Assembly: GCA_012295275.1 (NCBI GenBank) | Contig: CM022667.1 | Location: forward strand, 19,654,001 to 19,718,000 | Direction of reading: 5' to 3' | Origin: Chrysomallon squamiferum | Taxonomy: Eukaryota; Animalia; Mollusca | Length of the DNA stretch: 64,000 nt | The notes under the pieces: generated by a model | The model's database searches: none | What the model was told of the DNA's origin: nothing | What the model saw: the letters and a program-made list of their open reading frames with translations, nothing else | In this document: positions 26,829 to 39,777 of the stretch, in pieces | How positions within the stretch are numbered: the first letter of the stretch is position 1 | How the letters are laid out: each line of letters begins with the position of its first letter | Program-made: the position numbers and the translations under genes

Positions 26829-27522
26829 CTGGTCAGAGAGCTGAGAGGTCCTACCATTAATCCTACTTGACACATACACAGACTTATTTCTACATAAACT
26901 GCCACGTGTTTAACGTATCAAAGAATATGACTTGTCTGTTCCTGTTATTAGGAAGATGCTTATAAAAGATCCCTTTATGCTTGTTAATTAGAAGAACCCA
27001 CAAAGTAGATTTCCTCACTCACACTGCTCAAGAAACATGACTTCACACCTTAAATAAATAAATTCATATTTAAATGAGATTCAAAACATTTAGAGATGTA
27101 AAATAATTAATTACCTGAACAGGTGTTATAATTAATGCTTTAAAGAAGATAGTCTTACAAGGTACTATATTTTAAAAATTTAAATGATTACCTGTGTAGG
27201 TGTGTAATTACGGTTTTAAAAGATTACCTGTGAAGATGATGTCTTCATATCGTAAACCAGGTAAGACAACATTGGCTTCATGTTGATGCTGCTTCACTTC
27301 AATTCTCAATTTGAGTGAAGGGTAAGCTCTACACAAGTAAAATACAACAAACTTTATAAATATATTATTATCACTCTTTAAAAAATATATATATATAACA
27401 CATCTGTTGCTGCTAAAGTGCAAAAAAATATATATAACTTAGTACTTTTCAGCTGCTTTTAGCTCACTGGGATTAAAAAAAATTGCTTACACATAACTTG
27501 ACATGCACCAGTTACAGGACAT
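25931..27522 (-). CDS. Uncharacterised double-hotdog-fold (4HBT / acyl-ACP thioesterase-like) protein, about 306 aa, 3 coding exons
   Basis: Exons 27522-27491, 27328-27228 and 26718-25931 join in frame through GT-AG introns (921 nt). Hotdog-like motifs: LIHIGESSFTILSEL...YVLFNRKDGTKQIVPDWWR and TVPFVDAD......SYVRYFLD...IKKLSMLY.....WGDTL. The N-terminus of the 324-aa track ORF is intronic (CA repeat). The start exon is less certain. Confidence 0.7.
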
Positions 27523-29482
27523 ATAACAATGATTCCTTTGTTCTTTTTTTTTTATTTTTATTTTTTTTAATATTTTCCTTTCTTATAAATATGCTTTGCA
27601 ACAAACACTGCAGTAATCAGTGACAGACAAGCCCTCTGGCCTGTCAGAGAGTGAGCCTGTAGTAGACGTGATTCATAACAGCTCACTCTGATTAGCATGT
27701 TAAAATTTTGTCCATTCCAACACTGCAGTTTTGATGCATGCTTTAGACAGCAAGAGAAGCCCAGAATAAAAACCACCACATAAACACCAAAAAAAAATCA
27801 AAAAAATTCCTAAAATTAAATAAATTAAAAGAAGAAGAAAAAATAACAATATATAAATTAATTTAAGAAAAACATAACAAATAAATTAAAATAAGACAAC
27901 ATGTCAGGCTTATAAGATAAAATATTAAAATATATGTCCAAACAGTCAGTGATTAATATGTGTATATACTTTTTAATCTACAAAAATTCGTTAGTCATTA
28001 TTTTAGTTAGATTTTTTTGAAGAAGAATGTAAAAGAAGTAGGTGAGTTGAATCTTACACAAAACTATCTTAAATACACTCACATAATCTGACTAATTATT
28101 CCTGTATTGTTCAAAATTCTGCCAAATTAATTATTTTATTTTATTATCGTTGTTGTTGTTGTTATCGTTTCCAGCACCTCTACAATTGCTACTGTATCGT
28201 ATTATTTACATGATTTTAACAACCTGTATTAAAAGTATAATATGACATCCCCTTTCTTTAACTGTATTAGTGTATAACAAATAATTATTTGCATTATGGT
28301 TTTACAAATGACGGTATTTGTAAACTGATCACCAGTTTATCATAATTATTCAATTTATTGGTAATAAGTGTTATGTCATTGCAAATAGATATATTGAAGG
28401 TACTGCTAACCGAATAAGACGTTGTAATCCACCCTTGAACATCTCGTTCATGGGTATTTCGACTCAGTGCAAACTTTATAACTACTTCGGGGAAAATGTC
28501 TACTTTGATTTCCAAAATGATAATGTGTTTACTTGCTGGAATTAGGTCATTAATGGGAGATAACTCTACATGTACATATTGCAGGATGTTTGCTATGTAT
28601 GGTTTTCATTTTCCTTCAAATGTGATACGTCGGACTGCCGGCAAAAAGATACTTTCAATGTCTTCACTCAGTCAGGCCTTTGAACGCTTTGATGAAATTG
28701 GAAGAATGCTTGGAGTTTGTAAAAATAAATAAATAATAATAACAGCAAATCACTCATCTTTTATAGTCTCTCTAGTTATTATAACTTCTGTCTAAAACTA
28801 ACAAAAAATAAAAACTTGACTCCACTCAATGAGCAATCAATCACTGAATCAGTTATTGAATTACTCGATGATAATTAATACAGCAAAATCAGTGAACTTG
28901 TCCGTCATCAGTGATATAAAAAACGGCAAGATGTAAATAAATAAAATCAAAATCAATCAATAAATATATATAGCAAAAAAAATAATAACAATAATTATTA
29001 AATAAAAAATAACAAAAGTAAGTAAACCAATAAATAATAATAATGAATACATATACTCACAAATTGTAATACAGCAGTATCAGGAAGATAAAACAAAGCA
29101 AAAGATTTGTTTTAAACAGGAAATAAAGCAGGAAATAGATCAAGTTAAAACTTGAAAAAAAAAAAAAAAAAAAAAAAAATCCCATTAAACTGCAGTTTGT
29201 ATATATCCTTGTGTGAGTTTCCTTCTGCATACTTTCAGCAAAAATATTTTCACTACAAACTTATATCAGAAAGCATTAGTTTTAGAACCAGCAACATTAA
29301 ATATGTTTATGGTTTGATTTCTGAATGATAATAACCCCTTACTGTAGTTATTATTATTATTGTTGTTGATGTTATTATCATCATCATTATTATTATTATT
29401 ATCAATCTTCTTCTACTACTTCTTCTCCTTCGTCTTCTTCTTATAATCATTATTTAAATGTTTTTTATGTTTATTTTAGCAA

Positions 29483-32400
29483 ATGGCTCCCACATCTCGG
29501 CCAAGTTCTGACATGGCTGAATTTAGAAACCATTTTGCCAAAGCAAAGCACATTGCTGTGTTAACAGGAGCTGGTGTCAGTGCTGAAAGTGGAGTTCCAA
29601 CATTTCGAGGAGCAGGAGGATTTTGGAGAACATTCCAGGCTCAGGTCTGACAAAAACTATAGTAATATTTTTTATCATTACGTAATAAATTAACAAACAA
29701 TAATCTTTATGTGACTTATTTATAACTTTAATTATAGGATTTGGCAACACCTGGAGCTTTTAATGAGAATCCATCATTGGTTTGGGAATTTTATCACTAT
29801 CGCAGAGAGGTTATGCTGACAAAGGAACCAAATAAGGTAAAACAAATTTATGTCAAGCTATTTATATTGAAGAATGTGCAATAGTAAATAATAATAATCA
29901 TAATAAAGGAAAAAAAACCTCTTAAATATAAACATTAATAATTCTAATAATTAAATCTTAACTTTTTAGTAACTGTATAATTGCATTCCAACAGATTGTT
30001 GTAGATAATTGCATATATATATATATATATATATATTAAAAATACATCTCTTTTTATTTAACTACAAATATTTTGATTTTTATTCACACACAAATACATT
30101 AATTTTTATTCATGCTCATCAAATACAGACTTCTTTTAACATTTATACATATATTATATATAGATAGATAGATAGATAGATATAGATATATAATTTGTTG
30201 GGTTTTTTATTTATTATTTTGTTTTTCAGGCTCACACTGCTATAGCTGAATGTGAAAAGCGACTAGCAGCTCAGAATCGCAGAGTTGTTGTCATCACACA
30301 AAACATTGATGAATTACACATCAAAGCAGGATCACAAAATGTGTTAGAAATCCACGGTAATGTGGCTCTTTTGTGAAATAAAAAATGTTTAATGTGTATA
30401 ATTTGATTTTTTGTCTAAAACTTAAGTTTTAAAGAAAAAATTTAGTAACTATATATATTACTAAAGATGGGTGCTTTTTTACTGAAATTAATCAAAGCAC
30501 ATAAATAAGTAAAACTTGATTAAGTCCTACAGTATTTTTCCAGATTTAATGCATTTTGCTGATTGAAACTGGAAGGGATGTAAGCCTTCTTGTATTACTA
30601 TTAATTTAATATTACTGTTACACTGACATTTTGTATTTTTAACAGTTTATTGCCAGATCTAGTATTAATTATATTAAATTTGTATCAATGTCCAAAAAAT
30701 AATAATAATAGTAATAAATATATTTATATGTCAATAAAAATAAAAATATTTGTAGTTTAATAAAAAATAGATGTATCTTTAATTGAACAAAATAAATAAA
30801 TACATGTGAGTAAATTTGACTTTTCCTATAATCTGTTTATTTATTTCAGTTATTTATTTTTGTTTAAAATAATTAATTTTGTTTTGTTTTAGGAAATCTC
30901 TTCAAGACTCGGTGTTTGAAATGTGGTGATGTTTCTGTTAATAAAGACAGCCCTATTTGTCCTGCACTGGCTGGAAAAGGGTAAACAAAATTATATTTAA
31001 TATCATAGTAGTTAATTAGAGAACAACTTTAAAAGATAAGTCATCTGTATATCAGCTGTGAATAGGAAAAAATATTTATCCTTAATTGTTATCATCAAGA
31101 TTTGAGACTGGTAAGGTGTAATGTAAATTTATGATTATCTTGTCTGTCAGTGTATTTATCAGTTTCTCTCTGTGGTTGTATTTATTTTGATTGAATCCAC
31201 TCTTATAATTGTTTACTTTTTATTTCTAACAGAGCTCCCAATCCTTCTGCTGAAGATGCCAGAATTCCAGTCAAAGATTTGCCAAGGTGATATAACTTTA
31301 CATTTCATTATTAATTACAAAAATAAGATTATTTTGTAACATTTTCATTTTTAAAAAAAAATATCTGCTTTTATTGTGACCAACAACACATCCTTGTTTA
31401 AAATGTTTTATTTGCTAATATTGTTATGTCTGACATGTGGAAGTTTTTATGTGTTTTTCATGTTGATGTTAAAATTATTTCTAAGGACTGCTGCTTTAAC
31501 AGGTGCAAAAAAGCTGGATGTGGAGGCCTGCTTCGACCTCATGTTGTTTGGTTTGGGGAATCACTGGACCCTGAAATCATGAAGCAAACTGATGAAGAAC
31601 TGAATAAATGTGACTTACTGCTTGTGGTAAGTTTTTTCAAAAACGTTTATATTTTGTTATCTCTTTCTGGTTTTAGTATTATCAGGATATCTGTTTTGTT
31701 ATCTCCTGGTTTAGAGTTTTATCTAGGATGTGTGTCCAGTTGGCTTTCTAGTGCAGAATTTTATCTAGGATATTTGTTTTGTTAACTCTTTCTAGCATAA
31801 AGTTCATAATATCTAGGAGGTCTCCATTTTTATGAGATATCATTTGTTAGGCTTCTGGTTCAGAGTAATATTTAGGATATACATTTTTATGTTTCTGGTT
31901 TATAGTATTATCTATGATGTCTGTTTTCTTATGTTTCTGGTTTACAGTATTATCTAGGGTGATCTGTTTTCATGTTTAATCTGTTTTTTAGGAAATATGT
32001 TTTGTCATCTTTCTGATTTACAGTTTTGACTAGGATGTGCGTTTTATCATCTTTTGTCTAGGATAGATGTTAACAGTTTCTAGTTTTGAGTTTTATCTAG
32101 AAAATGTATGTTTTATTATTTTTCTGGGATTTCTTTTATACATTTCTTGTTTACTGTATAGTTTAGTATCTCTGTTTTATTATCTCTTTATGCTTTAGCA
32201 TATCGAGCATTTGAAAACTATGTTCTGATCAGTGTGATTGAAAAACAGGACAAAATTTTATAAATTAATTTGGTGGTATTTTCTGAAAGTATTTTGTTAT
32301 TTTTTAAGATTGGTACATCGTCAGTCGTGTACCCAGCAGCAGCATTTGCTCCAACAGTGGCTCGCCGAGATGTACCTGTTGCTGAATTCAATATTGAAGA

Positions 32401-32899
32401 GACACCAACCACTGGATACATACAGTAATTTTCATTAATCATTCATTTTACATTCAGTAATGTTTAAACATTCTATGTAGATGGATTCTGCAAAAATGTT
32501 AAATTGATAAACAGTTATTTTATAAGAACACACCGTGTTACAGTTATTTTCAAAATTCATTTAAGTGTGAGTGTGTGTGAGTTCAAAATGTGAGAATGAA
32601 AGAGTGTGAATGAGGAAAGCTAATTACTATGGTAATTAGTAATTAAAAGGGCAAAAGCTAGATCAGTGAAAGAAAGTTTTACAAACTAAACATTGTCTGG
32701 TACCGTCATCAGCAAAAGGTTCAACTGCATCAAAGAATTCTTCTTACAGCAGGATATATTTCATGTGTCTGAAACAGTAACTTCATTTAAAATCTTTTAA
32801 AATCATTTTTATTATTATTTCAGATACCACTTCTCTGGACCAGCAGGGCAGCATGTACCAACTGCTTTAGCAAAACATGAATCTGAACCAGAAAACTGA
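29483..32899 (+). CDS. SIRT5: NAD-dependent protein deacylase sirtuin-5, 281 aa from the ATG at 29483 (any N-terminal presequence exon unresolved)
   Basis: Exons: 29483-29644, 29738-29836, 30230-30356, 30893-30980, 31233-31286, 31503-31626, 32309-32424, 32824-32899 (846 nt, in frame). Motifs: [23 protein letters not shown] (class III Tyr/Arg succinyl-binding pair), [12 protein letters not shown], zinc-binding cysteines, [20 protein letters not shown]. Confidence 0.95.
31650..32190. repeat. Highly degenerate tandem repeat of about 40 bp (ttatctaggatatctgttttgttat...ctggttt) in a SIRT5 intron
   Basis: Recurrent atctagga and tctggttt words at roughly 40-bp spacing. Confidence 0.65.
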
Positions 32900-33824
32900 T
32901 GAACACTTTGAATCTTACATTTTATATTTTTACAGTGCTATTTTATTTATTCCCAAAATGGTTAATTAAATATTAAATCAGAAGGCTGTATATTTTAAAC
33001 TAGTCTGTATTTATCAAGTATGGTTTTTTATCCCAAATGTGTGGATATGTAAGAAATATGATGTGTCTAAATTATGTATCTAAGATGTGTATATATAATT
33101 AAAAATGTTGATTCAAAATTAGTATTATTTCTTTGTTTATTTCTATAAAATATATATTAATGTAGACTTTCATCCATTTAGGCCATTATATTTTATAACG
33201 TAATACTTCAGATGGAAATAAAATTACACATGACATTAAAGTAAATGGTTTTGTAATTAGTTCAATAGGTCAGTAGTTTATTTGATCATATATTTTAAAC
33301 ACAACTGACATCTAGTCATTTGTTCTTAATTATAATCATGTCCATTAATAATTGGGTAATATTTTAGTTTGCACTCATTATCAGCAGAGGTTTTACTGAA
33401 TACTTTCCTACTATTTTGTTGTACTGCTGCTAGTGCAAATATGTATAGGTCATACAAAACTAAGCTTATTTTGGCTTGTCAAATAAATCCAGTTTTTTTA
33501 CCTTCTTTAATCATGGTGGGTTTAGTTTAAAATAATATAAATGTAAATATGCTTTTTTACAGATTTAAGTAATGCATAAATTTTTTTCACTTTGGTTGTG
33601 AAATTTACAAATTTCTGAATGTAGTGTGTGTGTGTGCGTGCGTGCGTGTGTGTGTGTGTGTGTGTGCTCGATAACTATAAACTACTTAACAAATGCTAAA
33701 TGCTTACAAGAACTAAAAAATAACAATTAAAAAAAAAAAAAAAATGCGAAATCATTTCGTGTGAATAGGCAATTGAAGATCACCCCAGAACGTAAATGCT
33801 AACAATATATATATTACATTTTCG

Positions 33825-33930
33825 TGATCGCATGACGTGATCCGATACGGCGTCCGCATTTTAGGCTAAACCTTTATGGACATCCCATAGTAATCTGCCT
33901 GCTGCCACATCTAGATGTCACGTGATAACA
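33825..33930 (+). promoter_or_regulatory. IMPACT proximal promoter with TGACGTGA (CRE/UPRE-like) and GTCACGTGAT (CLEAR/E-box-like) sites
   Basis: CpG-rich patch 90-190 bp upstream of the ATG, with motifs at 33833-33840 and 33917-33926. Confidence 0.5.
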
Positions 33931-34018
33931 AAAAAAAATGTTATGAATACGTTCAGCGAAGGGAGCGTCTGCTTTTTGTGTCAGTGCTGTAAATATTTTA
34001 TCTTATATCAGCGTAAGC

Positions 34019-36294
34019 ATGGAAACAGAAGATAATTTAACACGACAGGTGATATTACTATTTATACATCAAATAATTCTTAAATTCAATAATACATTGG
34101 CTTGTGATGGTTGTCAACTTTCACTTTCGATAATTCTGTTTATGTTTGTTTTTTCCTTCTCTCACTCTATTCTTTTCCCTTGAATATGCTAAATTATTTT
34201 GAATTATAACTGTTAGTTTTTATATTTACTTATTTATTTTAAGTATCTTATGAGACAGAACTTTATATTTAATTTTAGATCAATTACGAGTATCCTCTGG
34301 CGGATAATAAATAGCTCAGACGAACATTTGAGAAAATCCACCAAAAATTCTGCCTCAGCTGTTCTCTGCCTGACGATACTCGGACTTGATCTACACCAGA
34401 GTTTCGAGAAGCAAAGTTAAATGTATTAGTTAGAGTGCTGCTAACATGAGGGGGGGGTGTGATCCTTAACTCTGCACCCATTTAATTATTTATTGTTATG
34501 AATCAGGTTATCGAAGATCAATGATTATAGTATGCTACCCCATCTTTCAAAAGGTGATATTGATATACCCTTGGTCACTTGCTGCAAATAATTAAAAAAG
34601 CAACATCCCTCAAAAAAAAAAAAAAAAGAGACCTAAAAACAACAAAAAAAAAAGAATAAAAAAAAAAAAAAAAAAAAAATATGTGTCATTGTTAGTATAA
34701 AATGTTTGACATTTATAAAGGCTGCCCATTTTTTTTTTTTTTTTTTTTTTTTATAATTACTAAATGAATTGGCATAATCACAGATTGAAGAAATTGAAGC
34801 ACTCACTGCTATTTATCCTGAGGAACTGACTGTTGTAAATCAGAGCACAAGGACATACTGTATTACTGTCAAACAGACCACAAGATCTATACCTCTACAA
34901 GTAAGATTACACTCTACTTATTACATACAGTACCTCTACAAGTAAGCTTACTCTTTCTACTTATTACAATTTATCTGAGTACAAGCACATACTGTATTAT
35001 TTGTTATTTAAAGAAACAAAACAACAAAATTAACAGCTATAACCCTTTAAAGTGTTCTTTCATATATTGTTTTACGTTTTCTATTTGTGTGTGTTTATGT
35101 GTGTGAACAAATAATGATATTTATTAATATTTAGTAACATTATGTTTTAAAACTTCAGTTTATCAGTAACATTCAAAGATAGCATGTAGATAGCAAACTT
35201 ATGTTTTAGAATTGTATCTGTTTCTAGTATTTCAGATTTACAACATTGTACTTAACAACATGTATGCGTGTGATATGATTTTTTTCACTTTCTTTTTTTA
35301 AAATAGAAGTTATTTATGAAATAGAGTTTAATAAATTGTATCTATAGACATGTAACATCTTTCAGTTTCAGTTTCCCACAGATTACCCAAGTAACTCTCC
35401 ACCACAGTTTAACCTCTTGTAAGTTTAAAATTTATTATATAAAAATAACATTTAATATTACAGTTTAACCCTTTATGAGTTTAAAATTTTATATATGAAA
35501 ATAACATTATCATGTTTTATAGATAAAAAATTATTAGAAAGCATGAAAAGGAAAATTTAGATTAGATTTTGGAGAGATATTTTGAAATTTATAAGTTTTA
35601 ATAGGCTTCAATTTTTGAAGAAAAAAAGCTATGAAAATTATAAATGGCAGACATTTTTCATCCATTACTGAAAAGAATCAATAAATTTATTTGTGTGACC
35701 GAAACACCTGAGTATATTTAAATCATAACAATTTTTTTTAAAAATTAAAAAATTAGAAATAATAATAATAATATATAAATAAATTTTAAAAATTTGAGAA
35801 ATGATAATAATAAATAAAGAGTAAAATAATCCATTCTGTCTCTTACGTATCAATATGGAATTTTCAGTTTAATAAAGACTAAATATTTTGAAAAATAATT
35901 TAAAATAGAATTTTTTTTTTTTTTGTAGCTGTAATAGTAATTAATTAATTTAAATAATTCTGAACCCATTAAAATACTGAAATGAATTTTAAACACTGAG
36001 TTAAAAAGGTGTTATGTGAAATGTTGTTTTAATATTTAGAGCCAGCTGGCTTCGAGGTCCACAAAGACATAAACTTGAATACAAGCTCAACGAAATATAC
36101 CTGTACGTATTAATGTTGATTTACCTGTATATACCTGTACAAGCTTACGTGTGTGTGTGTGTGTGTGTGTTTAAGTAATGTTATTTGTTTATCTTTATGT
36201 ACCTCTATATATAAGAAAAGTATTTTAACCTGTAAGAATCCATAAGTACCAGTACACTGGACAAAAAATAAAATATTATTTATTTATTTATTTA

Positions 36295-36354
<60 letters not shown>

Positions 36355-36932
36355 TATTATTATTATTATTATTATTTGTTTAGTTCAAATCAAGGAGAAT
36401 CCATTATTTATCTTTGGATTGAAGCAGTCCAGGAATTCCTTGATGGTTTCCTCAAACAAGACAAAAGTATGTGTTAAAATACTTGAGTTATCTATTTTAC
36501 ATACAGACTATTAATTAAATTCACATTTTTATTTGAAACTTGATCTTATCAGACTTAAATAACAATAGCCCATTTTTGCAATAACATCCATATAAAACCT
36601 TTCCATATTGCATAATACAAGAAAGATAAAATTGACTTGTATATTTTTAAATCTTGTTTATGGAATTTGAAAGAAATAATAATTCTGGTACTGAAAAGTA
36701 TTGTACTTGATGAACATGGTTGTATGAAAAATGCATTTTGGTTTACAAACAAGATCAGAATATATTTAGATTAGCTAGAGTTTCTTTTTTTGTTTGTTTG
36801 TTTGATTGGTTGGTTGTTTATTTGTTTGCTTTATTTTATTTTATTTTTATTTTTATTTTTATTTTTATTTTTATTTTTATTTTTATTTTTTATTTTTTTT
36901 TATTTTTATTTTTTTTATTACATTTCATGTAC

Positions 36933-36968
<36 letters not shown>

Positions 36969-38875
36969 TTTGCAGAATCTGAAGAATGTGACTCACAAAC
37001 ACCTCAGTTATTTGTAGAAAAACAACCTCATGTCAAAGAGGGTGGGTTTCTTTCTGTACATCAGCTTTCTATCTTCTTGAACGTAAATAAATTACTGACA
37101 GTAAAAATAATACTTAAAATTTGTCAGCCTTCTTGGAAACATAAGAAAAGATTTGAGTATAAGTAAACTTAATATGATAAAAAAAAATTATATTCAAAAA
37201 AAGTAAATAAATAAATTTTAAAATGTTACTCTCTCCATGGACGAATAATAGCTTTCATGTAACTAATTTATATTTTCAGAATCCCGTCTGCCATGTCCAC
37301 CAATTGTACATGGAGAATTTGTGTGGGACAGGAAAAGTAAATTCCAGGCACATCTGTCAGCAGTGCATCACAAAGATCAGGTTCAGAATCTTCACTTGTA
37401 GGTTTTACACCACAAAAATCACATTCAAAACTGTGTTTCTTTATGTTATGGTCTAGTGATTATAGATGACACAAGCAGCTTAATGTTAGAGGACACTGAA
37501 ACGTCGGTACCTTAATAAGAATACCTGTATGAACCCAGAAAGGGGTAGATTAATAAGAATTCCTTTGTGAACACAAACAGGTTTACTTTAATAACAATAC
37601 CTGTGTGAACACAAACACGAACGAATTCAAAGAATACCTGTATGAACACAAAGGGTACATTAATATGATTTTCTTTATGAACACTTACATAGTTACATAA
37701 ATAAGAATACCTGTTTGAACATTAGCTACTTTACAAAGACAGATGTAATTTTCAAAATCCTATCTGCCACAGCAGTTTAGTTTCAGCTACAATCTGAATA
37801 GCGATCATCACTGTATATTCTGCACAGAATTTTTTCATAGTCTGACATAGTCTTTTCCTTAGTGTAAATAGTTATAAGTTTAAAAATAATAACAAATTTG
37901 CCTAATTTCTAATTGTTATTTAGTAACTGTCACAGGGATTCCTCTAAGTTGTATATATATAGTTACCAAGTGTGTTCAGGGGATATCGACCATTCCATAG
38001 GAATCATTTCACAGTTCTCCTCTAACAAAAAAAAATTGTTGTAGCTTTTATAAGAAAGAAAATGGACTTGCATTATTTGGCAAGCTTGCCACTGGATGTC
38101 TGTCACCAGATCATTCTGCAAAACAAGAGCCCGTAACACCAACACTCCCAAGGTGATAATTAATCCTGCAATTCCCACACTTTTTGTTGATTCGCCAGTG
38201 CAAATCAATAGACAGATACAAATGACATTTACAAGCGAAAACACATAGTTATTCTCATCATCCTACATTACAAATTACTGTACATTGATAAACAGGATCA
38301 AGAGTGTTTGAGTGTTTTACAAAATGTGTGCTTTCTTTCATGTTGTTAATAAATGATGAACTGTTTTAAATGTATCCTGTATTAACCCTAAAATTAACAT
38401 TTCATATTAATGTGATGCTAAAATAAAATAAAAAGTCTGATGTTTCAAATACAATGATAATTTTTTTTTTTTTTTTTTATTTTTTGCCAGGTTCCTGTGG
38501 TGTTGAATAAGTTGAAGGAGGACAGAAAAATAGCCGCAGCTACCCACAATATCTTTGCTTACAGGTTTGTGATACAATCTGAGCATAAAATTAGATTTCC
38601 TTTTTATTTTCTCCTGTGTATTTGTTTGTCCATGTCTCGTAATTATAGTTCTTTATTATTTTAGAATAAAGCAGAAAGACTCAAGCATCATGTTCAGTAG
38701 TTGTGAGGATGATGGTGAAATTCATGCCGGTTCCCGACTTCTGCACCTTCTAGAAGTAAGAACAGCAACAATGACAACAACAACAGCAAAGCAATAACAA
38801 CCACAACAGCAACAGCAATAACAACAACAAAAACAATAATAATAACAAACAGAAGAGCAACAGCACAATACAATA

Positions 38876-38926
<51 letters not shown>

Positions 38927-39723
38927 ATTACTACTGTTTCTGCCATTAATATTAGTAATAATAACAGCAATACTTCTAATAATATTAACTTGAACAGACC
39001 TGTGATGATTAAGAAAGTTGTATTATAATGTGGAATCAGTTTTAAATTATATATAAATGTTCCAACTTTATTATTTATGTTTTAAACAACAGTGATAACA
39101 TTTTTTTAGTTTTTCCTAATTTTAACAGATCCTGGAGGCTGTGAATGTTATTGTCATAGTAACGCGGTGGTATGGGGGTATTCACCTTGGGCCTGACCGA
39201 TTCAAACACATCAACAGCTGTGCCAGGAATATTTTACATGAGAATGGATATATCAGAGAAAAAGTATTAAAATTCGTTTAAATGTTCTTTTCAGTTTTCT
39301 TCTTCTGTATGTCTTAAGCTTCTTTTTATTTCTTCAAAACATTCTAGGTTTTGGGGTGTTTTTTTTTTACATCACTAACCTCTTTGTTTTCTTCTTTTTG
39401 CTATGCATCTAGACTTTCATTTTTTTTTTTTTTTAGTACATCTTGGTTTTCTATTAACTTCAGTGCAACCAGATTTTATTTTTTTATTTGGTACATGTAG
39501 TTTTCTTTTTATTTTATTATATTTAGGTTTTCTGTTTATCAAGATTTTATTTTCTAATCCATAAAAATTTCCAAATATATTACTGTATCATTAAATACTA
39601 TTATTAATATAAAGCATTGTCTTTATATCTGTATTAATGTTAATATTACTTTATAAAGATTTTTTTAATTATTATTTACATAAAAAGATACAATTAATAA
39701 AACATCCAATATGTCCATAGTAG

Positions 39724-39777
<54 letters not shown>

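Noticed and set aside
26719-26905. N-terminal part of the 324-aa ORF
   Set aside because: It starts at a non-ATG codon, crosses a CA repeat and lies upstream of a clear acceptor. It is intronic.
37780-38262. Box C/D snoRNA or scaRNA (minus-strand TGATGA near 38260 and 37810, CTGA near 37979 and 37786)
   Set aside because: I could not identify a convincing terminal stem or a guide complementary to rRNA or snRNA. It remains only an alternative to test with Infernal.
37752-38262. Selenoprotein, or decayed Cys-rich antimicrobial peptide (macin or big defensin), in alternative minus-strand frames
   Set aside because: It requires several ad hoc frameshifts or TGA read-throughs. The cysteine spacing does not fit either family and no SECIS element was seen.
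38383-38391. TAACCCTAA as a telomerase RNA template
   Set aside because: A single 9-mer in AT-rich intron sequence, with no visible pseudoknot or H/ACA context.
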